Assembly: GCA_964575675.1 (NCBI GenBank)
Contig: CAZNRY010000001.1
Coordinates: 32,416 to 85,609, forward strand
Reading direction: 5' to 3'
From: an uncultured bacterium
Lineage (GTDB): Bacteria > Eisenbacteria > RBG-16-71-46 > CAIMUX01 > VGJL01
DNA: 53,194 nucleotides
Shown one piece after another: positions 25,744 through 33,215 of this stretch. The notes beneath the pieces were generated by a model, which worked only from the letters and a program-made list of their open reading frames with translations, did not search any database and had not been told where the DNA came from. The position numbers and the translations under genes were made by a program. Numbering within the stretch: the first letter of the stretch is position 1; each line of letters starts with the position of its first letter.

Positions 25744-26633
25744 TCCGCTTCCGCTTCTTCCTCTCCGAGGCATGGGAGATCCAATCCCGCGATCGCGCGA
25801 ACGGCCTGGCGAGCCTCACCGCACTGACCGCGGTTCTCTTTCTTCTCGCGATCGTTCTGATGGCCGGTCACAACGTGAGGGGAGTCGCGCACGGACTTGA
25901 GTCGCGCAAGGGACTGCAAGTGTTTCTCGCCGAGGACCTGTCCGAGGACCGGATCGCCGAACTCGACGAGACATTCCGGCGCTTTGGGGAGGTTTCCGAG
26001 GTTCGGTTCATCTCCGCGCAGGAATCGCTGGCCGAGGTCGAATCCGACCTCGGCGGGCTCGATGTCGTTGGGGCGCTGGGTGAAAACCCTCTCTCCCCGT
26101 CGTTCGAGATCCATTTGAAGGCCGATGCGGCCTCGCGCAGCGGCGTCGTGCAGCAACTGGCGCGCGTGATCGAAGGATACGACGGCGTGGGCGAGGTCCT
26201 CTACGGTGGGGCATGGATCGAGGCCCTCGAACGGGGGCTGCGGAATGTCTACTGGGCGACGATCGGCGCCGGACTCCTCGCCGCGGCGGCGGTGCTCCTC
26301 GTCCTCTGGAACACACTGAAGCTCGCCTTCATCAGCCGCCGGGAGACGATTCGCATCCTCAAGGTCGTCGGCGCGACACCGGGGTTCATCCGGTCTCCTT
26401 ACATCCTGCTGGGCGCGCTGCAGGCCACGGCGGCCTCGATCCTGGCGCTTCTTCTCGCCGCGCTCGTCCGTCTGGCCCTCGCGCAGATGATGCCGGGCGT
26501 GCAATTCCTGCCGCCGATCTGGGCGGCCACCTTTCTCGCCGGGGCGATTTTCCTCGGCATCGTGAGCAGCGTGGCATCGGTCGAGCCGGCGCTGCGCCAT
26601 CTGGAGCGACGCCATGCGTCGATCACGAGCTAG
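25740..26633 (+). CDS. ftsX: cell-division permease FtsX
   Basis: 297 aa with one N-terminal TM, a periplasmic domain and three C-terminal TMs. ATGA overlap with ftsE. Confidence 0.85.
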   Translation: MIRFRFFLSEAWEIQSRDRANGLASLTALTAVLFLLAIVLMAGHNVRGVAHGLESRKGLQVFLAEDLSEDRIAELDETFRRFGEVSEVRFISAQESLAEVESDLGGLDVVGALGENPLSPSFEIHLKADAASRSGVVQQLARVIEGYDGVGEVLYGGAWIEALERGLRNVYWATIGAGLLAAAAVLLVLWNTLKLAFISRRETIRILKVVGATPGFIRSPYILLGALQATAASILALLLAALVRLALAQMMPGVQFLPPIWAATFLAGAIFLGIVSSVASVEPALRHLERRHASITS

Positions 26634-27900
26634 CAGGCCGGGAGCTTCCCCGGTGCCCGCACGTGTTGGCGTCGGTCGTCCTCCCAGCTTGCTCGGATCC
26701 CTGCCGGGATCCCCGCAATCCCGCCGGGGCCGCACCCTTCGGTCCTTCCGCGGTCTCGTTCTGCTCCTCCTGCCTCTGCTCGCGGCCGCGCAGGCGAACG
26801 AGGACCCGATCTTGGCCCGCCAGCGCGAGCTGCGCGATCTTAAACGGCAGATGGACGAGAATCGAGGCAAGATCGAAGAGCTTCGCCGCAAGGAGAAGAA
26901 CCTTGGGACTCTGAATCAACGCCTCCAGAAGGACAAGGACCTGACGGCGCGGTACCTGGCCCGTCTGGGCGAGCAGGAGCGCGCCCTGCTCGCTGATCTC
27001 ACGGCGGGACAGACGGAGCTCGACCGGCGCTCGGTCGAGCACGACCGGATGGCCGATGCTCTGAGGCGCCGCCTGCGCGCCTACCAACGCGCCCGGGATC
27101 CGCAAACCGCAGAGCTTCTCCTCTCATCGAAGAGCTTTTCGGACCTCTTCGCGCGCGGGGCACTGCTCGCGCGGGCGATCCAGAGGGACCGCACCGATCT
27201 GATCTGGCTAAGGCAGCAGCGCGACGATCTCGCCATGGACACATCCCTCCTCGAGTCGCGCCGGCATGGGATTCAGGCCATGCAGGAGGAGAAGATCCGC
27301 GAGAAGGGGAGGATCGAACAGAAATCGGAGCGGGCGACGCAGCAGATCGCCCAGATTCGGGAGGAGCGCGCAGCCTTCGAGAGCCGTCAGAAAGAGCTCG
27401 CGCGCGCCGAGGAGCAGATCCGCGGCCTTCTCGCGCGTCTCGAGGAGGCGCGCCGCAAGTCGCAGAAGGCGGGCAAGGCGCCAGGATCCTCAGGGCCCGG
27501 CATCAGCGGCCGCCGGGGCGGCCTTCCCTGGCCGGCGGCGGGCAAGGTGATCGGTCGCTTCGGCGTGGAGCTCCATCCGCGCTTCGGAACGAAGGTGCCG
27601 AGCAACGGGATCGACATTGCCGCCCCCGCCGGGACTTCGGTCAAGTCGATCGCCTCGGGTGTGGCGGAGTTCGTCGACTGGCTCTCGGGCTACGGGCGGT
27701 GCGTGATCGTGAACCACGGCGGGGGATTCTACTCGCTCTACGCGCACTGCTCGCGCGTCCTCGTCGCGAACGGCGAGAGAATCTCGGAGGGACAGAAGAT
27801 CGCAGAGGTCGGCGACACGGACTCGGTGAAGGGCAACTGCCTTCATTTCGAGATCCGCCGCGGACAGGAAGCGATGGACCCCGAGGCATGGCTCAAGTGA
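26614..27900 (+). CDS. EnvC-like coiled-coil murein hydrolase activator (degenerate LytM/M23 domain)
   Basis: A long coiled coil precedes the C-terminal M23 fold (GIDIAAPAGTSV...GYGRCVIVNHGGGFYSLYAH...LHFEIR). Metal ligands are degenerate: SNGID instead of HxxxD, and NCLHFE instead of HLHFE. The exact start is uncertain. Confidence 0.75.
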   Translation: MRRSRASRPGASPVPARVGVGRPPSLLGSLPGSPQSRRGRTLRSFRGLVLLLLPLLAAAQANEDPILARQRELRDLKRQMDENRGKIEELRRKEKNLGTLNQRLQKDKDLTARYLARLGEQERALLADLTAGQTELDRRSVEHDRMADALRRRLRAYQRARDPQTAELLLSSKSFSDLFARGALLARAIQRDRTDLIWLRQQRDDLAMDTSLLESRRHGIQAMQEEKIREKGRIEQKSERATQQIAQIREERAAFESRQKELARAEEQIRGLLARLEEARRKSQKAGKAPGSSGPGISGRRGGLPWPAAGKVIGRFGVELHPRFGTKVPSNGIDIAAPAGTSVKSIASGVAEFVDWLSGYGRCVIVNHGGGFYSLYAHCSRVLVANGERISEGQKIAEVGDTDSVKGNCLHFEIRRGQEAMDPEAWLK

Positions 27901-29015
27901 GTTCCCGTCCGACCCTGCCGGAGAGAGCGATCCTCTCTTGGATCCGCGACCAGGACGAGGTCCTCGCGCGCCTGATCGCCGCGGTGCGCGACGATCGCGT
28001 CCCGCAGGCATACCTCTTCCACGGGCCCCGCGGCGTCGGGAAAACCAGGACCGCGATCGGTCTCGCGCAAGCCCTGAACTGCACGGGAGATGGCGCCCCG
28101 TGCGGCGTCTGCCTCCCCTGCCGGAAAATCAGTAACCTCACCCATCCGGACGTACGCCTGCTCTTCCCCGCGACGCGCGACGAGGACTCGCGCCCCGATG
28201 AGATCGCCAAGAGGCTTGAGGAATACGGAGCCGACCGATACCATCTCCTCGAGTTCGCGAGAAACGCGTCGATCAGCATCGACAGGATCCGGGAGTGGAA
28301 GAGCGAGGCCGGCATGTCCCTCTCCGAGGGGCGCCGGCGCGTTTTCATCCTCGCCGACGCGGCCCGGATGACCGAGGACGCGGCGCAGTCCGCGCTGAAG
28401 CTGATCGAGGAACCTCCGACGGGGACCCATCTGGTCCTGATCGCGGAGGAACCGTCGTCGCTTCTGCCGACGATCGTCTCGCGATGCCAGCTCGTTCGTT
28501 TCCGGCCGCTGCGGAGAGAGTCGATCGAGGATGTCCTTGTCGCCAAGGCCGGGATGGACCAGGCGTCGGCCCGGCTGATCGCCGCCCTCTCCGAGGGGAG
28601 CCTGGGGCGGGCCCTGGGACTGAAGGAAGAGACCTCGATCGTCAAGACTCGGGATGCGGCGCTCGAACTGCTGCGTGCGGGGACCGCGCCGGGAGAGATC
28701 CAGGAGAAGGTGAAGCAATGGTCCCGCAGCTTGGATCCGAACAGCGCCCGCCGGAACATCGAGCTCCTGCTGATGTGGTGCCACGACATTCTGGCGATTC
28801 GCTACCGCCTTCCGGACGACCAGATCGGCAACATCGACCGGAAGAAGGAACTCGTCGCTCAGGCTGCGACGATGCCGGTGTCCAGGATTCGCGCGACGAT
28901 CGATGCCCTCGAGGAGATGCTGGACAGCATCGACCGCAACGTGAACCCTGCCCTGGCGCTCCACGAGATGCTGAGCCGCCTTGCGGCCGCGGCACCGGAG
29001 GGGCGCCAGCCGTGA
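27888..29015 (+). CDS. holB: DNA polymerase III delta' subunit
   Basis: YLFHGPRGVGKT, zinc module CGVCLPCRKI, VFILADAARM. Start is ATG 27888 or GTG 27897 (GTGA with the upstream stop). The ORF-track start at 27699 is an overlap artefact. Confidence 0.8.
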   Translation: MAQVSSRPTLPERAILSWIRDQDEVLARLIAAVRDDRVPQAYLFHGPRGVGKTRTAIGLAQALNCTGDGAPCGVCLPCRKISNLTHPDVRLLFPATRDEDSRPDEIAKRLEEYGADRYHLLEFARNASISIDRIREWKSEAGMSLSEGRRRVFILADAARMTEDAAQSALKLIEEPPTGTHLVLIAEEPSSLLPTIVSRCQLVRFRPLRRESIEDVLVAKAGMDQASARLIAALSEGSLGRALGLKEETSIVKTRDAALELLRAGTAPGEIQEKVKQWSRSLDPNSARRNIELLLMWCHDILAIRYRLPDDQIGNIDRKKELVAQAATMPVSRIRATIDALEEMLDSIDRNVNPALALHEMLSRLAAAAPEGRQP

Positions 29016-29740
29016 GTGGATTGCCGGACGAGAGGGTCTCCGATTCCGATGCGGCGGCGCGCCCCGAGCCGAAGATGGCGCAGGTCCGATTCAAGGGGCA
29101 CCGGATCGAGCTCTTCATCCTTCCCGACGACGTCGAGGTCCAGCCGGGCGGGGTCGTGATCGTCGAAGCCGACCGCGGCATCGACGCGGGCACGCTTCTC
29201 CGGTGCGGTCCCGGGCAGCTTTCCGCCCGCTCTCGCCAAGCGGTCCAGAGGATCCTCCGCGCCGCGACAAAGGAGGAACTCCACCACCTCGAGCAGGTCC
29301 GCGAGGAGGACGCCTCCGCACTTCGAATCTGTCGCGAGCGCGTCGAGGTCTCGGGACCTCCGATGCGGATGATCGATGCGGAATTCCAGTTTGATGGCAA
29401 CCGCGTGACCTTCTACTTCACCGCCGAGGGAAGGGTCGACTTTCGCGCGTTGGTTCGGGATCTTGCGAAGATCTTTCGGACCCGGATCGAGCTGCGCCAG
29501 ATCCATCCGCGAGAGGCGGCGCGCAGGCAGGGCGGCGTCGGACCCTGCGGGATGAACCTCTGCTGCGGTTCCTTCCTCCAGTCGTTCGAGCCGGTGACCC
29601 TGAAGATGGCGAAGCGGCAGAACCTGGCATTGGCCCCGACGCGGATCTCGGGACTCTGCGGCCGGCTCCTCTGCTGTCTAGCCTTCGATTGTGGGGAGTG
29701 CGGCGGGGGGCAATGCCGCGCGGAGGGTGAGGGAGCGTGA
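29012..29740 (+). CDS. PSP1/RicT (YaaT)-family protein
   Basis: VIVEADRGIDAGT..., FYFTAEGRVDFRALVRDLAKIFRTRIELRQI, GPCGMNLCCGSFL, GLCGRLLCCLAFD. Start is GTG 29012 (GTGA with the holB stop) or ATG 29075. Confidence 0.8.
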   Translation: MSGLPDERVSDSDAAARPEPKMAQVRFKGHRIELFILPDDVEVQPGGVVIVEADRGIDAGTLLRCGPGQLSARSRQAVQRILRAATKEELHHLEQVREEDASALRICRERVEVSGPPMRMIDAEFQFDGNRVTFYFTAEGRVDFRALVRDLAKIFRTRIELRQIHPREAARRQGGVGPCGMNLCCGSFLQSFEPVTLKMAKRQNLALAPTRISGLCGRLLCCLAFDCGECGGGQCRAEGEGA

Positions 29741-30501
29741 TCGACACCCACGCCCACGTGCACGCGCGGGCGTTCGACCGGGATCGCGACGACGTGGTCC
29801 GGCGCGTGTGGGAGTCGGGAGGGCGCTTTCTGATCGAGGTCAACATCTCCTCCCATGACTGGCCCCGCGTGCGCGATCTGGCCACGCGCGACCCTCGGAT
29901 CTTCTCGACGATCGGCGTCCACCCCCACGATTCGGGACGCGCGACCCTGCAAGAGCTAGAGAATCTATTTCGCGATCTCGACGATCCCAAGATCCGGGCG
30001 ATCGGTGAGACCGGCCTCGACTACTTTCGCGATTACGCCCCGCGCGACGTCCAGCAGGAGTTTTTCCGCCGTCACATCGCCGCCGCCCGCGAAACAGGCC
30101 TTCCGCTCGTCGTTCACTCACGCGCGGCCCATGAAGATGTCTTGCGCATCATTGAGGAGGAGGGACGGGGCGAGGTGCGGGGGGTCTTCCATTGTTTCGC
30201 CGGAGACGGCCGCATCGCCGCGCGCGCCCGCGCGTTGGGGTTCCTCCTCGGCTTCGGCGGAGCGGCGACCTACAACCCGAAGCGCTCCGCTCCGCTTCTG
30301 CAGGGCGTCGGGCTCGACGGGATCGTCCTCGAAACCGATTGCCCCTACCTGACCCCGCATCCACGGCGGAACGACCGCAACGAGCCGGCGAACATCCCGA
30401 TCATCGCCGCGGCGATCGCCGGATATCTGGGGGTCGAGGTCGGGGAGGTGGACCGCGCCACCGATGCCAACGCGATCCGGCTCTTCAATCTCCCGGAATG
30501 A
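29737..30501 (+). CDS. tatD: TatD-family metal-dependent hydrolase
   Basis: IDTHAHV, IGETGLDY, VVHSR, FHCFAG, LETDCPYLTP. The GTG start overlaps the PSP1 stop (GTGA). Confidence 0.9.
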   Translation: MIDTHAHVHARAFDRDRDDVVRRVWESGGRFLIEVNISSHDWPRVRDLATRDPRIFSTIGVHPHDSGRATLQELENLFRDLDDPKIRAIGETGLDYFRDYAPRDVQQEFFRRHIAAARETGLPLVVHSRAAHEDVLRIIEEEGRGEVRGVFHCFAGDGRIAARARALGFLLGFGGAATYNPKRSAPLLQGVGLDGIVLETDCPYLTPHPRRNDRNEPANIPIIAAAIAGYLGVEVGEVDRATDANAIRLFNLPE

Positions 30502-31379
30502 TCACCCGGCAAGGAACAGACGAGCGGGCTGGACACGAATCCGAGAAGGGATGGCTGCGCCACCATGGGATCAAGCCGCGCAAGCGGCTCGGCCAGAACT
30601 TTCTGATCCACGCGGGGACCGCCTCGCGCCTCGTCCGGGCGATGCAGATCGATCCCGGCAGCCACGTCCTCGAGATCGGTGCGGGGGCGGGTGCGCTGAC
30701 CCGCGCGCTGCTCGAGTCCGGGCACACCGTCGCGGCCGTTGAGATCGATCCCCGCCTCCTCGTCCTGTTGCAGGATCGGTTCGCTGGGGAGGTTCGTTCG
30801 GGGCGCCTCCTCCTCCACGCGGGGAGCATTCTCGATCTCGATCCGTCAAGCATCCCGCGCCCGCAGGGCCGCAGGATGTTCCTCGCCGGCAACCTGCCGT
30901 ACGCGATCACGACGCCAATCCTACTCTGGATGATCGAGGCGAGGGAGTGTTTCGAGGCGTCGGCCGTCTTGATGCAGCGGGAGGTCGCCGCGCGAATCAC
31001 GGCCAAGCCCGGCAACCGGACATACGGCAGCCTCTCCGTTTGGCTCGCCTTCCACGCTCTGGCGCGTGTTCTCGCCACGGTCGGCCCCGGCGGATTCTGG
31101 CCCGTCCCCGAGGTCGATTCCGCCCTGGTCGGGTTCGTCTTCCACCGCGCGCCGCCCGTCGCGATCGCATCACCCGTCCATCTGGAGAAGGTCCTCTCCG
31201 CCACATTCGGGCAGCGGAGGAAGATGCTCCGCGCCTCGCTCGGCAATGCACTCGGGGATCCCGAGCTCGCGGCCCGTCTCCTCGATGTCGCGGGGATCGA
31301 CGGCCGGCGCCGCCCGGAGAGCCTCACGCTGGCCGAGTTCGCGATGCTGGCTGGCGCGGCCGGCAGGTTTCTTCCGTGA
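30498..31379 (+). CDS. rsmA: 16S rRNA (adenine1518/1519-N6)-dimethyltransferase
   Basis: LGQNFLIH, VLEIGAGAGALT, GNLPYAITTPIL. ATG 30498 overlaps the tatD stop (ATGA). Confidence 0.9.
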   Translation: MITRQGTDERAGHESEKGWLRHHGIKPRKRLGQNFLIHAGTASRLVRAMQIDPGSHVLEIGAGAGALTRALLESGHTVAAVEIDPRLLVLLQDRFAGEVRSGRLLLHAGSILDLDPSSIPRPQGRRMFLAGNLPYAITTPILLWMIEARECFEASAVLMQREVAARITAKPGNRTYGSLSVWLAFHALARVLATVGPGGFWPVPEVDSALVGFVFHRAPPVAIASPVHLEKVLSATFGQRRKMLRASLGNALGDPELAARLLDVAGIDGRRRPESLTLAEFAMLAGAAGRFLP

Positions 31380-32095
31380 CCCCCGCGGCGCGCCGAGCGG
31401 GCGCACCCGCCCTTCTTCGCGCCCTGGAACGCGAGGTCGTTCGATGCGAGCGGTGCCCTCGCCTTCGAGAGCATTGCCGGCGGGTCTCCGTGGAGAGGCG
31501 CCGCGCGTATCTGGATGAAACCTACTGGGGCCGTCCCGTTCCGGGCTTCGGGGATCCATCCGCGCGCCTTCTCCTCGTCGGTCTCGCGCCCGGGGCCCAT
31601 GGGAGCAATCGAACGGGAAGGATGTTCACGGGGGACTCGGCAGGCGATTTCCTCTTCGCGGCCCTCCATCGAGCGGGACTCGCGAGCGATCCGCGCTCCG
31701 TCTCGCGCGACGACGGCCAGACCCTCCGGCGCGTCTTCATCACGGCCGTCGCGCGGTGCGCCCCGCCCGGCAACCGTCCCGCGCCGGGGGAGATCGCCGA
31801 GTGCCGTCCATTCCTTCTGCGAGAGCTCGACGCGCTCCGTGACGTTCGCGCCATTCTCGCCCTCGGCGCGGTAGCCTGGGCGGGCATCGCGGTCGCGCTC
31901 GGCGAGCGAGGCCTCGTGGCGGGAAAGAGGATCGACTTCGGCCACGGCGTCCGATGGAAGCCATCGCCGGGGGCCCCGCCGGTTTTCGCTTCCTATCACC
32001 CGAGCCGGCAGAACACGCAGACGGGCAGGCTCACCGCTTCGATGCTCGATTCCGTGCTCTGCAGGGCGCGGGATGAGGCGGGTGTGCTTGACTAG
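31376..32095 (+). CDS. uracil-DNA glycosylase superfamily protein (family 5/UDGb-like)
   Basis: RCERCPRL (Fe-S Cys), LLLVGLAPGAHGSNRTGRMFTGD, SYHPSRQNTQTGRLT. GTG 31376 overlaps the rsmA stop (GTGA). Confidence 0.75.
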   Translation: MTPAARRAGAPALLRALEREVVRCERCPRLREHCRRVSVERRRAYLDETYWGRPVPGFGDPSARLLLVGLAPGAHGSNRTGRMFTGDSAGDFLFAALHRAGLASDPRSVSRDDGQTLRRVFITAVARCAPPGNRPAPGEIAECRPFLLRELDALRDVRAILALGAVAWAGIAVALGERGLVAGKRIDFGHGVRWKPSPGAPPVFASYHPSRQNTQTGRLTASMLDSVLCRARDEAGVLD

Positions 32096-32150
32096 CCTGC
32101 TAGACAACCATCCAGTCCAGTATCTAGACTAGTCTCGCTTGGTTGCGCCC

Positions 32151-32340
32151 GCGCTCGCACCGGCGCATCCCGCTCGGCTGGCTGAACGAAAAGGGCGCCA
32201 GCCTCGCGGGCGCGCCTGCTCGCGCGGGACATTCTGGCGATCATGCAGGGGCGATGCCGTAGCGAGCTGCGCCATGCGCCGAGCGGAGGCACGCCCCGAA
32301 TGATCGCCTGAACACGTCGCGGGATGCGCCAGGCGAGCGC
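32151..32340. repeat. REP/BIME-like inverted pair of GC-rich repeat units
   Basis: GCGCTCGCACCGGCGCATCCCGC (32151-32173) matches the reverse complement of 32319-32340 (GCGCTCGCCTGGCGCATCCCGC). The internal motif GGCACGCCCCGAATGA (32288-32303) is the reverse complement of 49189-49204. CCGGCGCATCCCGCTCGGC (32160-32178) is identical to 49218-49236. Confidence 0.6.
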
Positions 32341-32377
32341 ATCAACGGACCTTCAGGCAACGGGAACGGAGGGATCG

Positions 32378-33109
32378 ATGAGAGGCGTCGTTCTGGCAGG
32401 CGGACTCGGCACGCGGCTTGCGCCCCTGACAAAGGTGACCAACAAGCACCTCCTGCCGATCTACGACAAGCCGATGATCTACTACCCGATCGGGACCCTC
32501 GTCCGCGCCGGGGTGAAGGACATCATCCTCGTCACCGGCGACACGAGCGCGGGGGACTTCGTTCAGCTTCTCGGCAACGGCAAGGACTTCGGTCTCTCGC
32601 ACATGGACTACGTCTACCAGGAAGGAAACGGCGGGATTGCGGAGGCGCTCGGGATGGCGCGCTACTACGCCCAAGGGGAGCAGATCGTCGTGATCCTCGG
32701 CCACAACATCCTGGAAGACGACATCACCCCATATGTCGAGGCGTTTCGCAGGCAGCAGTCCGGCGCGAAGATCCTCCTGAAGGAGGTCGGCGATCCGGAG
32801 CGATTCGGGGTCGCCGAGATCAAGGGAGATCGCGTCATCGGGATCGAGGAAAAGCCCAGGATCCCGCGCTCTCACTATGCCGTGACTGGGGTGTACTTTT
32901 ACGACAGCTGGGTCTGGGACGTGATCGCCGCCCTGAGGCCCTCCGGGCGGGGCGAGCTCGAGATCACCGACGTCAACAACGCCTACATCCGCAAAGGCCA
33001 GATGACGTTCGACATTCTTCCGGGGTGGTGGACCGATGCGGGCACCTTCGAGAGCCTCTACAAGGCGAATCGGCTCGTCGCAGAGAAGGCGCTCGACGGG
33101 AAGGGCTGA
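32378..33109 (+). CDS. sugar-1-phosphate nucleotidyltransferase (short RmlA/glucose-1-phosphate thymidylyltransferase-like)
   Basis: MRGVVLAGGLGTRLAPLTKVTNKHLLPIYDKPMIYYPI. Start set at ATG 32378 after GGAGGG. The ORF-track start at 32324 lies inside the repeat element. Confidence 0.8.
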   Translation: MRGVVLAGGLGTRLAPLTKVTNKHLLPIYDKPMIYYPIGTLVRAGVKDIILVTGDTSAGDFVQLLGNGKDFGLSHMDYVYQEGNGGIAEALGMARYYAQGEQIVVILGHNILEDDITPYVEAFRRQQSGAKILLKEVGDPERFGVAEIKGDRVIGIEEKPRIPRSHYAVTGVYFYDSWVWDVIAALRPSGRGELEITDVNNAYIRKGQMTFDILPGWWTDAGTFESLYKANRLVAEKALDGKG

Positions 33110-33150
33110 TCCTTCGGTCGATTTCGCCTCTTCGCGCCGGGATACGAGAC

Positions 33151-33190
33151 GGCCGGGGGGCAGGGGATCGAGCCCCTGCTAGCCCCGGCC
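33151..33190. terminator. long GC hairpin between convergent genes (terminator-like, no U-tract)
   Basis: GGCCGGGG-g-GCAGGGG-atcgag-CCCCTGC-tag-CCCCGGCC: 8 + 7 bp of stem. It sits between the stop of the nucleotidyltransferase gene (33109) and the stop of the kinase-like gene (33216). Confidence 0.4.
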
Positions 33191-33215
33191 TCGTCGCGGT
33201 AATGACCGCGAAAAA

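Noticed and set aside
27699-32095. Long N-terminal extensions in the ORF track that overlap the preceding genes by hundreds of nt (27699, 28295, 30192, 30947; also 16408, 23123, 32324, 22887, 23321).
   Set aside because: The extensions are Arg/Pro-rich, lack homology-like motifs and overlap well-supported upstream CDSs. Conserved protein N-termini begin at internal ATG/GTG codons located at ATGA/GTGA junctions or after RBS-like sequences.
32097-32103. The 7-mer CTGCTAG occurs just after three operon ends (32097-32103, 33176-33182, 41940-41946), and CTAGCC(C) occurs near several gene ends. It might be a punctuation motif.
   Set aside because: From base composition, a few copies of such a 7-mer are expected by chance in 53 kb. 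I could not scan the coding regions exhaustively by eye, so enrichment is unproven. A k-mer count over the genome would settle it.
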